Assembly: GCA_040954595.2 (NCBI GenBank)
Contig: CM082578.2
Span: forward strand, 1,284,831-1,348,830
Reading direction: 5' to 3'
DNA from: Balanoglossus misakiensis
Taxonomy: Eukaryota > Animalia > Hemichordata
DNA: 64,000 nucleotides
The position numbers and the translations under genes were made by a program. The number at the start of each line of letters is the position of its first letter. Position 1 is the stretch's first letter. Of this stretch, positions 23,386-37,700 are shown piece by piece. Under the pieces are notes generated by a model that searched no databases, was not told the origin of the DNA, and worked only from the letters and a program-made list of their open reading frames with translations.

Positions 23386-25882
23386 ATGAAACAACGCTGG
23401 AATATTTAACTAGTCCCTACACCGAAGGCACAGAAAAAAGCATCTCAACTGATGGATATGCCATAACTTCGCCCAGAATGACAACTGTGTTGGACACAGA
23501 CAATATACCGGCTGTGACAACTGGAAAAAGCAAGTCAACCACAACAGTTACTATGGTTACAGTAACCATGCCTGTTGTCGTGACAACAGTAGAGGCAAGT
23601 TCTGAAAAGCCTGATCAGCAGTCAAGCACAGAAGGTGAGGGTACATACAAGACAACATCTGCTCCGATCTCAAAAACAGAAATGATGTCAACAGCAGAAT
23701 CTGTGGATATTACTCCTGCAGACCAGACTTCAGAGTATGACGATGCAAGTGATGTGATGCCAACAGAGTCATGGACCACACCAGAGAAATTGTTGACAAC
23801 AAACAAAATGGACGCCACCACACCAGAGACACTTTTGACAACAAATAAAATGGACGGCACCACAGAATATTGGCAAACGGTAGAAGGCACCACAGAATGG
23901 CAAACACAAATGATAACTGATGATACTGCCACTTCCAAAAGAAGAACAACAAGAAAACATACAACTGAGACACCGATGATCTGTTAACATCAAAAGGTGA
24001 ATGTATACGAATTTCTACACTTTTCAGCATTATGAGCTCCAAAGTAAGGATGGATCTTGTTTACTTAGTTGACACGACTCTAGCTCCTGGATGACACCAT
24101 TATTTTTAGGGGGTGAGGGGTGGAAGAAAGGAGAAAACATATTCACTCCTCACTTTTTTTTCAAAGAAATGTAGGTTTACTTCCTATTATGATAAAGTAA
24201 ACTATGAATAATAAAACATTGAAAATTTGGCTTTATTGATAGAAACTTCATGTACGGGTACAGTGAAAATTTCAATTGAAAAAAAAAAAATCATAATACC
24301 TGCAATGTAAACAGTAATATAAAGTATTCATTCAATTTCATTTATACAGTATATCATGATGTCAGTACTAAACCAACTACGAAACCAGCAACAACTCTGA
24401 AAGCCACAACAGGTGGTCTTACGACCCTACCAACTCCAACTCAACTACCAGGTAAGAGATATTACCCTTAGTTTGGTTGATAACGTGTTGTACTTGAGTG
24501 ATGTCTCAAAGTGTTAAAACAAAACATCCAGAAAACTTGTTTTTGGAAGTTAATTTAAATTGCTTGTCACATGACAGTTGTGTAAACAATGGTCACACCA
24601 AAATGTTCTCCTATATTTACTTTCAGAAAATATATACTTTTAGGGGATTCTCGATAATTAACAGAACTTGATAATTAACAGAGAAATGTTTATTTCAAAA
24701 AGTGATTTTTTTTCTTGTATCTTTCATACACACCATGAAGTAATAATACAGTTAAATTTAAAATCAGAATAAACCACAAAGAGTTGAACCCATTTATGCT
24801 TTGAACAAATTGACCTGAAGAGAATAGGAGTTGTATGGGTCTGTATTTACAATTATTCGATAATTACTTTGCAGACCGTGACGTTCCTGACTACTGTGCA
24901 CAGCTTAGTGTGTCATATAATGGTAGTGGGCAGATTACAGACCAGCAATCCTGTGGCAACTACTATGGTACAGAAATAACAACACAACTTGTTAATGGTT
25001 TAACTCAACTCCTGTCTCAAGATCCATCAGGAGCATGTGTTCCTCTTGCTGGTCTGGTTACAATCAATATCGCATTATCCATAAGTCTCACCTCGCTATC
25101 GGATAATTCGGTGGGTACTCTAACTGTCTCTTTCAGTCTTGCAGAAAATCTTGTAGACTCTTTCTGGAGTCTAGAATATTACACTCAACAAATTGTTCAC
25201 TTCATAGCATTTTATCTCACATGCTCTTCAGATTGCATATCCAAAGAAAAAATGCATATTGGGAGAATATTTTCATGCAAATGTGACAACCATGCGATGT
25301 TTAATTTTGTCGATACAATCGATCGTAAACTGCTCAGCTGAAACAGTGAGCAGTCATCTTTCTTTTTTGTTTACGTGCGTTGGAGTGGGGGTGTCTTGAA
25401 ACCATCCGCATAACAGTACATACCTGTACACGGTGAGTTGGGGCGCCTTGAAACTTAAGGCGTATTAAACACGCGTTCCGTACGTACCGTTCCGTATGGC
25501 TTTTTAGTACACGCTAAATTCTATTGTTCTTGGTGCCAGATGCATAATAATAAAGCATATTAAACATAACATCTTTTAAAACAAATGCTTATAGTATGAC
25601 TGTATTTTCATTACCTGCAGCTTTTAATGGATGTGGGGCTGAACTTACTGATTGAACCCATAGACCCATTGAGCCCTGGATACGACAATGCAGAATTGTC
25701 GGGATGTGGTCTTCAACTAATCTTTTATCTGACCAACCATCCAAGTGTATTTCCAGTTTTGGTTGCCATTGACAGTTCAGACAATTGTCCAGAACTATCA
25801 TCTTCTGCAAACCCAATTCAAGAAGATGATGCAACATTCTGTTGTCCTGAAGGATATGAGCTCTTCCAGAGTGTCAGATGCA
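23386..25882 (+). CDS. Mucin exons (23386-23996, 24350-24451) and a Cys-containing ~150-aa module (24875-~25080, 25621-25882)
   Basis: Thr-rich frame shifts at ~23970. DRDVPDYCAQLSVSYNG resembles EKEVPDYCLTVGGVYNS at 28304. Expected phase-0 donor reads ATAAGT at 25081. Confidence 0.6.
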
Positions 25883-26350
25883 GTATGTATAAAATCATTA
25901 TTTTTATTCACACTAAAGTGGCGCTTATATCTCTTCTTTTCTTTTAAGGATGTACGCGCAGAACATAAACCGGAAAACTGCACGCACCCGTCTTTTTCCC
26001 ATAGGATTACATTGATAATTGCTAGAAAACTAACTTCTTCTATTGTCATTGTCACAAAATTTTCTACATAGCTCAGTCCAGTAAATATAAATTCATTGGT
26101 CACTTAAAATATAAGGGTCACCTTGCTCTATTTTGAGATAAATTGCATTAAAAAAAATTTGCCCATAGACAAACCATTGGTGAAAAATGCTGAATCAGCA
26201 GTTTTCTTCTATTATTGACTAAATTCGTGACTCTGTAATGTGTATTTCATAAACAGGCACGGTCATCAGGTAAATGCATGCTATGAGCGGTGTGTTACAA
26301 GCATGAATTAAGTATTACTTACAGAAAAAAAATTCTTCTTATTTCAACAG

Positions 26351-26449
26351 CAGCCGCAGTGGAAGTTGTGAGGAAAAGAAGGGATGCATCTGAACAGTCA
26401 TCATTTCTCACTAATGCTAAATGGAATGGCACTGCACCTGTTTGTATTG
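26351..26449 (+). CDS. Exon with RKRR furin-type site and C-terminal end of a sushi domain
   Basis: AAVEVVRKRRDASEQSSFLTNAKWNGTAPVCI; phase 1 at both ends. Confidence 0.75.
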
Positions 26450-26460
26450 GTATGTTCATT

Positions 26461-26750
26461 AGGTCAAAATAAAAAAATATGTGCAGTTCCAATTACCCGA
26501 CCTACCCTAATTATAACCCGCTGACCCTAAACGTTTTAGAGCTTCCTAAACCGGAAGTATAAAAAACAATGTCAAATATACAAAATTTATGAAAATTGCA
26601 AGAATCACGTAAGAATTATGACGTTATTCTTATACACTACGGCGGCCAGAGTAATAAAAAAAATGCAACATAAAAAAACATTCCCTACCTACCTACCCTA
26701 TTTTTGAAAACCATGTAATCAGAACAGCACAATTTAGCAATTTATCGGCC
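26461..26750. mobile_element. MITE with AGGCC-type ends; second copy in opposite orientation at 31079-31423
   Basis: aggtcaaaataaaaaaatatgtgc..ttacccgacctaccctaa matches the reverse complement of 31375-31423. Confidence 0.65.
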
Positions 26751-27133
26751 AGATTGAGTTCTTGAATGAAATCACCAATGTTGGAATTGGATTTTAATGT
26801 TTGTTTGTGTTTCATTCTAATTTGATTCTGATTGTGTTTCATTCTGATTTGATTTGATTTGATTTGATTTCATGCATTGTCTGCCTGCTTTCATTTGTGG
26901 AAATCACAAAGCTTATAAATGGTCCATCATTGGAGTGGTTGTCAACATCACTGGGAAAAAGGACGATGTTCAACTGGTTTAGCAATTGGGGTTGTCATGG
27001 AGCCACCTACAGAACAGTTCTTCTCCCAGCTGAATTCAAGATTACTATGTCGCTTTAATGGCTGGCAAGTATTGTGGTTACAAACTTGGCAGATTACAGT
27101 CTCATATCTTATGAAATATATTTTGGCTTGCAG

Positions 27134-29625
27134 ATACCATGCCACTAGACTGTCCAGACACGTACGTAATTCTTGTTGATGAAGTGGAACACAATGTGTC
27201 ATATCCAGCAGTCTCTGTTGTAGACAACCACGGAATCAGTGACGTCATATATGAACCACCAAATGGAACTGCAGTTGAAACCAGGAACTACATCACAGTG
27301 ACTGTTACTGCAACCGATTACAGTGGCAACCAGGCTCAGTGTCAATTTGATGTTTCTGTTCAACGTAAGTGTTCAGCTAAACTAGCCCACTAGTCGCTTG
27401 GTGAATTTTGAATCTCAATACTTTTGTGTGTTTGTGGTGATTTTTTGTCTTTATAATACTTTTTGTGTGCATGCTGCTTTGAGCGTTTTTCTGGTACTGA
27501 GTTGAGTTTCGAAAATAATGCAAAAAGTGGTGGCAGAGACTTTAAACATTTAGAAGTTAATATGGCATTGTTTTGAGACATTAGACATTTCACCTTTTAA
27601 CATCTCATTTTGTTATTCAGCTGATACATGTCCCGAGTGGTCACTACCTACACCAGAAGGTGGACAGAAGACTTGCACCCGTGTCATTGGAGGACCACTG
27701 GGTTCAGGATTCTCATGTGCATTGTCCTGTCAAGCTGGTTATGATTTCATTCAAGAAATTGATTCACCTGGAGGAATGTACACCTGCATAATTGGTGGAA
27801 CATGGCTACCCCATAATTACGTACCTGATTGTGTTGGTGTGTATGGGCTTCTACTGATCTATTTTTGCGTAATTGAAATTCAACTGATATCATATCAATA
27901 TTCATTAGGCCCCCAAAATAATATGTGAATGCTGATGCAGATAATAAACTTGAAGAACCAAAATAACCAACTAATTCAGTGTTACTGTTGGTTCAAATTT
28001 TCTCTGTATATTGCTGATATGTGAGGGAATTTGTGTTTTCCAGTTTGCTATGTGTGCCCTTATATAAACTGATCATTTTATAATCAGTCAATACCTACAT
28101 TTTTATAATCAGTCAATACCTACATTTTTATAATCTGTCAATACCTACATTACCGCATGGAAGATGGCACTAGTCCAGATTTGAGTGGATTAGCAAAAAT
28201 GGGATTTTTTCACCAGCTTAGTAAAGCGAAAACTGGATTGACGATTGACAATTCAACTAGTTGGCCTGAAGTTAAATTCTCTTCCATATTGATCTTTCCA
28301 CAGAGAAGGAAGTTCCAGATTATTGCCTGACTGTGGGAGGTGTATACAACTCTGTGATAACCATTCCAAGTGATACCAACCAATGTATCTCATATTACGA
28401 GTCGAGTCTGCTTGGAATTGTGCAGTCTGTTGAACCACTGTTGTCGGTCCTGTGTAACTCGATTGAAGACAGTGTTGAAGTTCAAAGTGACTATTCAACA
28501 ATGGCCATAGTAGACTCCAATCAGGTATAATTATCTGTCCTGCTGGAAAATGTTACAGTTTTATGGTGAAGAAGAAGGTTGATGTAATCCTTTATTTGAT
28601 TTCTGTCGTTACATTATTGTACAATGTGTTACCCTAAGGTTGGGTTCTCCAAGGTGTGTCATTTTTAAGAAGCATTATCTTGTTATTGGAGGGACAAAGT
28701 CTCTCGCTCGCTGCCGTTTTCCCATTAATTATGTTTGATACAAGACACAGTTTATGTTATTCTACATGTGGATATATAGTGAATCATCATTTGACCACAC
28801 ACAACTTCCATCTTGTTTGTAGGATATGAGAGTAAAAACTCGCCCAAAATGAATGAATGGTATTCATTTTTCGCGTGTTTTTTCACTGTTGCGTCTACAA
28901 GAGGATGGAAGTTGTGTGTGGTCAAACATTGATTCTCTATATATCCACATGTAGAATAACATAAACAGTGTCTTGTAATTGTATCAAACATAATCCCTTT
29001 AAATGCTCCATAATAGCTTTATCTTTTTGCTACGTTTTCAGTGTGTTTGTTTTGTGTATCTACTGCAGTTTCTTGTTCAAATACCTGAAGAATCATAAAA
29101 TGTTGAGCATTTGGCTTAATATCAACACAACATATATGTGAATGGTCAGCATTGTTATTGTGCAAAATTTAATTTCAGACTAGAATTCATTTGTCAACAA
29201 TAACAATGGCTGTTACACGCATACATGATAAGTACTGGGTATAGTAACATGCTGTTTGGAGTAGAACAAGAAATAGCGTTTGATACACGGAAGAAAATAC
29301 TGAAAAAAAGCCAAAAGTTACAGCTACTGTGTCCTTTTAACCCATTAAACCAAACTTTCTATTTGGTGTTTTTCATACCGGTAGGTGAATGCAACAGTTG
29401 CCATGAAATTACTTGCAAAGACAGACAACGCAACAAGTTTAGATCTCCAAACCTGCGGTGATAGTATAATGAGTGCAATTACAACTCAGTTCAGTCAATT
29501 CAACAGTCTCATGAAAATCGAGGCAAATGGTGCTTGTCCAGAATTGAATCTGTCAGGAGCCCCAACTAATGAGTTCTCAGGATGTTGCTGTCCATCTGGA
29601 AAGATTCTCAGTGACTGTTATTGTT
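27134..29625 (+). CDS. HYR (27134-27364), sushi (27621-27836) and Cys-containing module (28304-28524, 29385-29625) exons
   Basis: HYR: CPD...VTVTATDYSGNQAQCQFDV; sushi: CALSCQAGY...YTC..GGTW...VPDC. Confidence 0.85.
28073..28151. repeat. 25-bp minisatellite x3
   Basis: taatcagtcaatacctacattttta repeated three times. Confidence 0.9.
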
Positions 29626-29883
29626 GTAAGTATCATCAATCCAATATACCTTGAACCAAGAGTCTAAGTTTATGGTGTCAATTACTTGTCAACTTATAAA
29701 TATTTTCATCCCAACCCACTAGTGACTTATACTGGTGTACCATATGCTTCGACATCTCTCCAAGGCTTACATGCATATACACCTTACACAACAGCTTATA
29801 AACAGCATCATTATCATCACAATTTATCCTGATATAATTGTTCATAGACAGTTGCTCCGAAAAAATGCATAATTTAATTAGTA

Positions 29884-30068
29884 CAGTAAAACCTGTCTAA
29901 ACTGAACCCTGTCGAATCTGGAAACCTGTCTAAACCAAACACATTGTCCTGTCTCTTCGACATACATGTAGAACACCATGTTAAAAGAACGTCTATAAAA
30001 CCAAACACCTCTGCAAACTGAACAGTTTCTTCAGTCCATTTGGTGTTCAGTTAAGACAATTTTTACTG
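29884..30068. mobile_element. Tc1/mariner (pogo/Tigger-type) MITE
   Basis: TA-CAGTAAAACCTGTCTAAACTGAAC...GTTCAGTTAAGACAATTTTTACTG-TA. Confidence 0.75.
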
Positions 30069-30382
30069 TACTGGTATATGTGTCACTTCTGTTTCTTGAT
30101 GAGTTAAAGGGAAGAGGTTGTCCCACCGCGTGGGTGTCCTCCTTGATGAGAATATGTCCTCCAATACAAGCACAAACCCCACTGCAGTCGTCAAGACCTA
30201 CTAGGATCTTCAGTTTCTGTCATGCCCAGTCTATGCTGCGGTTGGCTGCTTTGTTATTCATCCTAAGAATTATCTATTTTCAGAGATTTGTGGATGCATT
30301 ATAATGTTTATAAACAAACAAATGTGTCGCGATGACCCCTTCACTTTAAACATCTTTGTCTTTTTAATCTGTTACATTGTAG

Positions 30383-31646
30383 TGACGTGTACAGCTGGAA
30401 CTTATGATACAGGAGATGAATGTGCTAGCTGTCCTGTTGGATCTTATCAAAATTCCGCTGGTCAAACATCATGCATTACCTGTCCATCAGGTTATAGTAC
30501 ACACGATAAACACAGCAAGAGTCAAGATGACTGTATTGGTAAGAGAAATAGTCTATAACAAATACCACATCATCTCTGATGAGCTAGCACTGTGACTGAC
30601 AGACTCGTTTATTTTATTCCACATACGGTTTTGGTAACACGTACAAACGAGATTTAAAAAAAAGCCATTACATGAATACTTTGCATGAATACTTTGAATT
30701 TTACAGATCGCACATCATGCAAACAAGGTGCTTCTGTTGGATGTAATTGTAAAAAGACTGTGTTGCTATTGACATCTCTAGATTTCAATCTTTGTATGAC
30801 GTGATGATTCAAAACTAAATAGTACATGCAGTTTATGAATATATAGTGTTTAAGGTCAAATTGTGATCTTTTTTTAACTTTTAGAGTTGTGCAAACCTGG
30901 CTATTACTCAGATGATGGTAAAGCTCCATGTACACAATGTGTGCAAGGATCTTATCAACCAGATTATGGTTCTACTGATTGTCATCTGTGCCCAAATGAC
31001 ACGTCAACACACGGGGTAGCAGTTGTAGTAGAGAGTTGCAAAGGTAGGAAGATTATTTTACAATGCCAAGTTTTTATTGGGCCCAAAAAATAGTATATGC
31101 TGTTCCGATTACATGGTTTTCAGAAATAGGGTAGGTAGGTAGGTAATGAGTTTTTTTTATTTTGCGATTTTTTTTAGCTCTCAATGTGCATTTCACATCA
31201 GAAAAAACTATAGTGTAGAAGAATGACATCATAGTCCTGCGTGATGTGCGCGATTTCGTCATAGTTCTCGCATGATTTGCGCAATTTTCATAAATTTTGT
31301 ATGTTTGACAACAGTGTTTTTTTTTACTTCTGGGTTTGTGAAGCTCTAAAAAGTTTAGGGTCAGCAGGTAATAATTAGGGTAGGTCGGGTAATCGGAACA
31401 GCACATATTTTTTATTTTGGCCTCATTTCATCTTTTCCAGGATACAACATCATATTAAAATTTCAATTTGTATTTAACTTCCAGAAAAATGCACAGTTGG
31501 CTCATATTCCAACACTGGTCTTGAGCCATGTGTACTTTGTCCCCATCACTATTACCAGAATGAGAGTGGTTCCAGAGAATGCAACCCATGTCCAACAGGA
31601 CTGCGTACAACGCATGAAGGTGCCAATAGTTTGGATGACTGTATAG
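30383..31646 (+). CDS. Three GCC2/GCC3 (ephrin-receptor-like) Cys-rich repeat exons (30383-30538, 30885-31043, 31485-31646)
   Basis: C..G.Y.....C..CP.G.YQ...G...C..CP....T...G......C pattern. Confidence 0.88.
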
Positions 31647-31790
31647 GTAGGTACATTTGGCATAAAAATTGAAGGGATTACTTATATATTGATTACATAT
31701 TCTTTTCCTATTTCTTGAGTTTCTTGCAAAAAAAAAACATATTGACCAAATTTGATCATTGCGGTTTTATGTTTACATCGTTTATTTCAG

Positions 31791-34700
31791 TTATTGATAT
31801 ATGCGAGTACATGTCGCCTTGTTTGAATGGTGGTACCTGTACCAACACTGCAGATGGTTATAGCTGTCAATGCTCAGCACATTATATTGGGTAAGCAGTC
31901 GAATATGTTCTCTTGTTATGTTAAAGTGTTTTATCATACATGCAACACCTGTATTTAACACTTTCTATTGTTCTCGCCCAGAAGATATTATACGGTATTT
32001 CACAATGTGAAAATATCGCGTCCGCGTCTCGGCGCGACAGTTCGCTGCGCGCGCGAGCGACACACGAGCCATAGGACTCTAGTGGAGAGGGGTGTTGTAA
32101 AATTCGGTTATTAGAAGCTGTAATAAAGTTTTCAAAGCTGGCGGTTTTGTCATGTTTAGTTCTTCGAAATTCTCAATGCAAAATAATTGTTAACATGATA
32201 TTTTGAAAGTGAACGTAGACAATTTTATTTAGAATGCGGATGTGCCCATCGTAATGGAAGCTGCCAACCCCCTTAAAATGATACTACGGCCCACACATCA
32301 TACGTCACAACATGGCTACTGCCGTGATCCCAGCGCCCGGTTCAAATTTGAAATTGTTTTTCTCGGCGCATTTCCGCAAATCGTACTGTTTTATAGGTAG
32401 GCATGTATGATAAAGGGGTTATTACACGAATTTTGGTCGATAACGCGACGCATTCTCGTGATGTCCGTATTTTGACTCGTTGCGCAGCGCAACTCGTCAA
32501 AATACGGACAATCATTTGAATACGACAGATATACCTAATATATATGCACCAGTATCGGCGCATTTTCGCAAATCGTACTGTTTTATAGGTAGGCATGTAT
32601 GATAAAGGGGTTATTACACGAATTTTGGTCGATAACGCGACGCATTCTCGTGATGTCCGTATTTTGACTCGTTGCGCAGCGCAACTCGTCAAAATACGGA
32701 CAATCACCCGAATACGACGCGTTATCGACCAAAATTCGTGTAATAAACCCTAATTATTTGCGCAAGTGTGCACATACATTGTACAGATATACCTAATATA
32801 TATGCACCAGTATTTATTTAAGCAATAAAACACCCCCAGCCATGGTATACCACGAGATTTTGACCAGTTCACGACATATATGCACGAGCGATAGCGAGTG
32901 CGTATATGGAGTTGTATACCATGGCTGGGGGTGTTTTATTGCTATTATATTATGCCAGTATATTGAAACTTTGCATAAAACATTTTAAAAAGGCATTTTC
33001 TTTGACTATGATATATGACTGTGGTATATGGCTTTTATATCACGGTCACATGTCGTGTCTCGACCAATCAAATAGCTTGATTTACACCATCAATATACTG
33101 GTATAATATAATTCCTTATAACAAACCTGAAAGATCCATAAAGGTTTGTAATGTTCAGCTTATGAGGAGTATGCTCAAAATCAGAGGAATTGAAAACATA
33201 TATCCCAAATTGAACAGACATATAGTCATTTGCCAGTGGCATCACAGAGATGCATCTGATCATAACTTAGTGAAATTAGATGCCATTGTCTCACAATTAT
33301 ACATTTGTATTACTACCTTCATGACTACATGTTTACGAAAACACATGGAAAGGTGTAGTACCTTTGTTCTAAGGACCACTTTCATTAAGTCATTACTGGT
33401 AATTGTACATACAAATCTCCTGAAGAACACTATCCATGGTAACATCTATGTGTTGATTAAGAATCAATTTAAGTGAAGTTAAAACACATTGGGCTGTTCT
33501 AAAACTTCAGATTTCTTCCATTATGCAGGAGTAAGACTTGCAAGTTGCAGTGTTGTATAAAAACAATTAATCTGTAGTTCTGAAATAGTGAAGGCAGGTA
33601 TTTTGGAATTGTTTTACTTTGTGCATATTTTATGGAAACTCTTTGTTTTCTTATAGAAATCAATGTGAAATCCCTGCACTGTGCAGCAGTGAGCCATGTC
33701 AGAATGGTGGCTTGTGTGAAGAATTCAACACAACAGACATACAGTATGCAACCTACAGCTGTCTATGTCTAGATGGATACTCAGGTGATCTTTGCCAGAT
33801 TGATGTGGATGAGTGTGCTTCTGATCCGTGCCAAAATGGAGCCACCTGTATTGACCTCATTGCTGATTATAACTGTACATGTGCACCTGGATATGAAGGA
33901 GGAGACTGCTCATTGGATGTCAATGAATGTGCAGATGACCCTTGTGACTTGGTTGGAACCATGCAATGTCAGAATTTGATCAACGACTTTGCTTGCCAGT
34001 GTAAAGCCGGATATACAGGAGAGCTGTGTGAAGAAAATATAGGTAATTCTTCGCAAACTTTTGTTTGAATCAAGTGTTGATCTAGGAAATTCTTGAAAGT
34101 CCCAGACTTTGGAAAATGGGAATGTTAAATACGCTGGAATGGAAAATCTTTTAGTCTTCTCCAAAATGTCATGTACGTAATTTTATCTGACAAATAGAAC
34201 TTAGTACAGTACAGTATAAACAACTGGTATTATAATTTATATCCACCTTATTCTTAAAATTAAATCTTCTTCATAATCTCATAAAATCTAAAATTTTAAT
34301 TTTTATCACAGATGACTGTCAACCAAATCCTTGTCACAATGGTGCAACGTGTCTAGATCGTGTGAACTCCTGGAGATGTGAATGTGTGGAAGGATTCCGA
34401 GGATCGATGTGTCAACATAACATAGATGATTGCCAGGACGTTCTCTGCCAAAATGGTGGAATGTGCCAAGATGAGGTCAATGGATTCACATGTGCACGTG
34501 TTTATGGCTGGACTGGTGAGTCTGTTGAATGTTTGTTGTCGTACGTACGAAAGTACATGTTTCAATTTAAAGGGACATTACCTATAACTTTTGGCTTTAT
34601 TTCCAGTATTTTTGTTCTGTGTACCAAATGTAATGTAATTTTGGACACTGAACAAAACAGCATGCTATATATGCCCAGTACTCTACTTGTCACCATAGTA

Positions 34701-37700
34701 TGTATGTGCATAACAGTCACTGTTTATTGTTGACAAATGAATGCTGGTCGGGACTTAAATTCAAATTTTGCACAGTAATAATGGTGACTTATATACACAT
34801 ATATGTTTTGGTGATAAACTAGATGCTAGGCATTTCCTTATGTGTTAAGTATTCAAACAAAAACCTGCAGTAAATACACAAAACAAAAATATTGAAAACA
34901 TACCAAAAAGTTACAGCTAATGGAGCTTTAAAATTAATAGAAAGTGATGTGCAAATTGTATTGGCAGAACATTTATATACTGTAAAACGGGTTATTTTCG
35001 CGAGCAATACATTTTTCGCAAAATATGCAAGAGCCAAAAAAACGTGAAAATAAAAAGTTGCGTAATTTTTTTTTTTTTTCGGAGATAACGATGAAGTGAA
35101 ATACTAGACCAAGAAAAGTAATCCTCACAGTTGCTTCTTTTGATATCGCGAAAATTTCCTGTCACGAAAATAACCCATTTTACAGTATTTAGATTCATAT
35201 ATTTTAAATCCCTGCATGATAATTACTTGATCACAATTCTCTTACACGGTAAGGTTTTTCAATAGTAATGTCATCTGGCATTTTATGTCCTGAATGTAAC
35301 ATACCGCTAAAACAAAATTTAATTTCTAGCGTTATTATTTTTGTAGGCTACCTTTGTCAAAACCAGACAGAACCGTGCATGCCAAACCCATGTCATAATG
35401 AAGGCGTGTGTGAAGTCCTTGTTGAAACTGAAGCATACATGTGTCATTGTTTGCCAGGATATACTGGGCAAAACTGTCAGGTTGGTCTTTTAACTTAACA
35501 TATTCACATGTTGTGATTAAGCAATTACTCCAATTATTATGGAAAAGTGAATTTTCCTTTGCAGACCAGACCCAGAGATGCTTAACTGCAACTTCTAAAT
35601 TGCAACAAACCCAGTAGTTTTCTCGTACATTTAAGAGCTGTGGGGTACTATCCATTACCATGACAACACTGTGATACAAAATACTAGTAAACTTTAAAAT
35701 GGTCATAACCTTGTTAGTTTTGTGGATAGTGTTTGAATGAAATTAAGTGTTATCTGCTGTGGAAAAAATTCTAAAACCTGATCAGTAGTAAACATAAAGA
35801 TATCTGCCCATTAAAATTTTATAAATTTATACTATAACATGTCTAATAAATTCATGTATTTTCAGGATGAAATCAACGAATGTGAGTCCAATCCTTGTGT
35901 CAATGGTGGTACTTGTAATGATTTAGTGAATGCATATGAATGCAGTTGTGTTGACGGTTTTACCGGTCTTCGCTGCGAGCAAAACATCAATGAATGTGCT
36001 CCTGATCCATGTCAGAATAGTGGCAACTGCACTGACCTCATCAATGATTACAATTGCCAGTGAGTATACATTTTTTTTTTAATCGGTACATATTGATTTC
36101 ATTCATTAGTTTTGAAAACTTGTTTTGCCAAATTTTGTGCAGAAGCACACATGCCCCCACCACGAAGAAGCTGATCCCACGTCACATCTATCTTAGCCCT
36201 TTCACCACAAATTTCAATGGTCCAGTCCAAATTCATTGTCATCTATGGTAAGGTTGGACCTCTATAGAGGGAACTGGGATGAATGGGTGAAATCTGATGA
36301 CGAGTATAGACATCCTTTTGCATGTCATGCTTGAAATTTTCCAATCATATGAGTCAGGAAGCTGAACTATCTAATTACATGTAGTAAGTTAAAGGTATAT
36401 GGTCACCTATGCTAATTTAGCTAAAGTTACCATGGTAAATTGGGATCTAGCCTGTCTCAGATTTTCAGTGGGTAGCACACGCAAAAATAGAGGGCCAGTA
36501 TGTTCTTTAGAATGCTCAAATACGCCATTTCAGCCATATATGAACGTATGTAAATTGGAAGTGACTATAAACTCAATCCTACCACTAAATACATGAAACC
36601 AGATTCAATGAGGCTGACGTACCATATCAAATTTTGTATGTTTATTCGATTATGAAAAATCAATTTGGTTGCACATAATTGGCAGGTAAAACCAGCAGAC
36701 AGATAATATATAAATAATGGACGACGCCCTGACCATTAAAGTTTGTTTATGGGCGAGGGGAAAGCCAAAAATTCATGGGCGAGGCTTCCGTGCCCATGAA
36801 TTTTGGCTTTCATCGAGCCCTAGCCCATAAAGAAACGTTAATGGTCAGGTTGGAGTCGGTTACATGTATTTCCATTATATTACCAACGAACTGAAGAAAA
36901 CCGTCAAAATTTACAAAAATGTTCCACGCAACAGACTTGGGGCCCCGGAACTTGTGTTACGCAAAATGTTGTATTCACTGAACTGTTTGTTAATATAACC
37001 ATTCAGATTTACACGCATGTAAACAAACCATTACTGAGTATTTGTGGTCAGTGACATCGTTCATCTCGACCAATTGAAATGCGACGCAAAGGCAATTGTA
37101 ATATAATGTGAAATATTCCTTTCCTACAGATGTGTACCGTAGTTGGGTATGGTGGTAAGAACTGTGATGAGGATATTGATGACTGCATTGGTGACCCGTG
37201 CCAGAATGAAGCCGAATGTATTGATGGACTGAACACGTACACTTGTAATTGTCAACCAGGTAACTAACAGATTTGGAAGATTAAATTTGAAGATTACTGA
37301 TGTACCATACAAACAGACCCTTCCGGGAATTGTATTTTTTGTCCAATACCGAAGTCATAACCCCCCAAAAGTGTGCATTTTCTTAAAAACAAGATATAGT
37401 GGAACCTGATCGGATAGCACACTACAATCATTTATACTGTGTAATGCTCAAAAATTGGCAGCTGTAGAGGTATAAATTTAGAATGGATCCAGGAAGTGTT
37501 GTGTCAACCAAAGGCTGTATGTCGTATGTTGTATGTCTATCATAAGAACCAGGAGAGGGCTGAGAATATTAATTTTGTGGTGGATGCTTTTATATCATAA
37601 TCATTCTATTTAGATTGCATCACGAATCAAGCCCAGAAATGTTTGCTGCTGTTTCCCTTTTTCATAAATTTGTTTGGCATAATCCTTTGTTTCTTCACAT

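Noticed and set aside
25090-25515. Possible transposon truncating the 24875 exon
   Set aside because: The sequence looks repeat-like but no paired ends or TSD could be found; a mutated donor at 25081 explains the exon end equally well.
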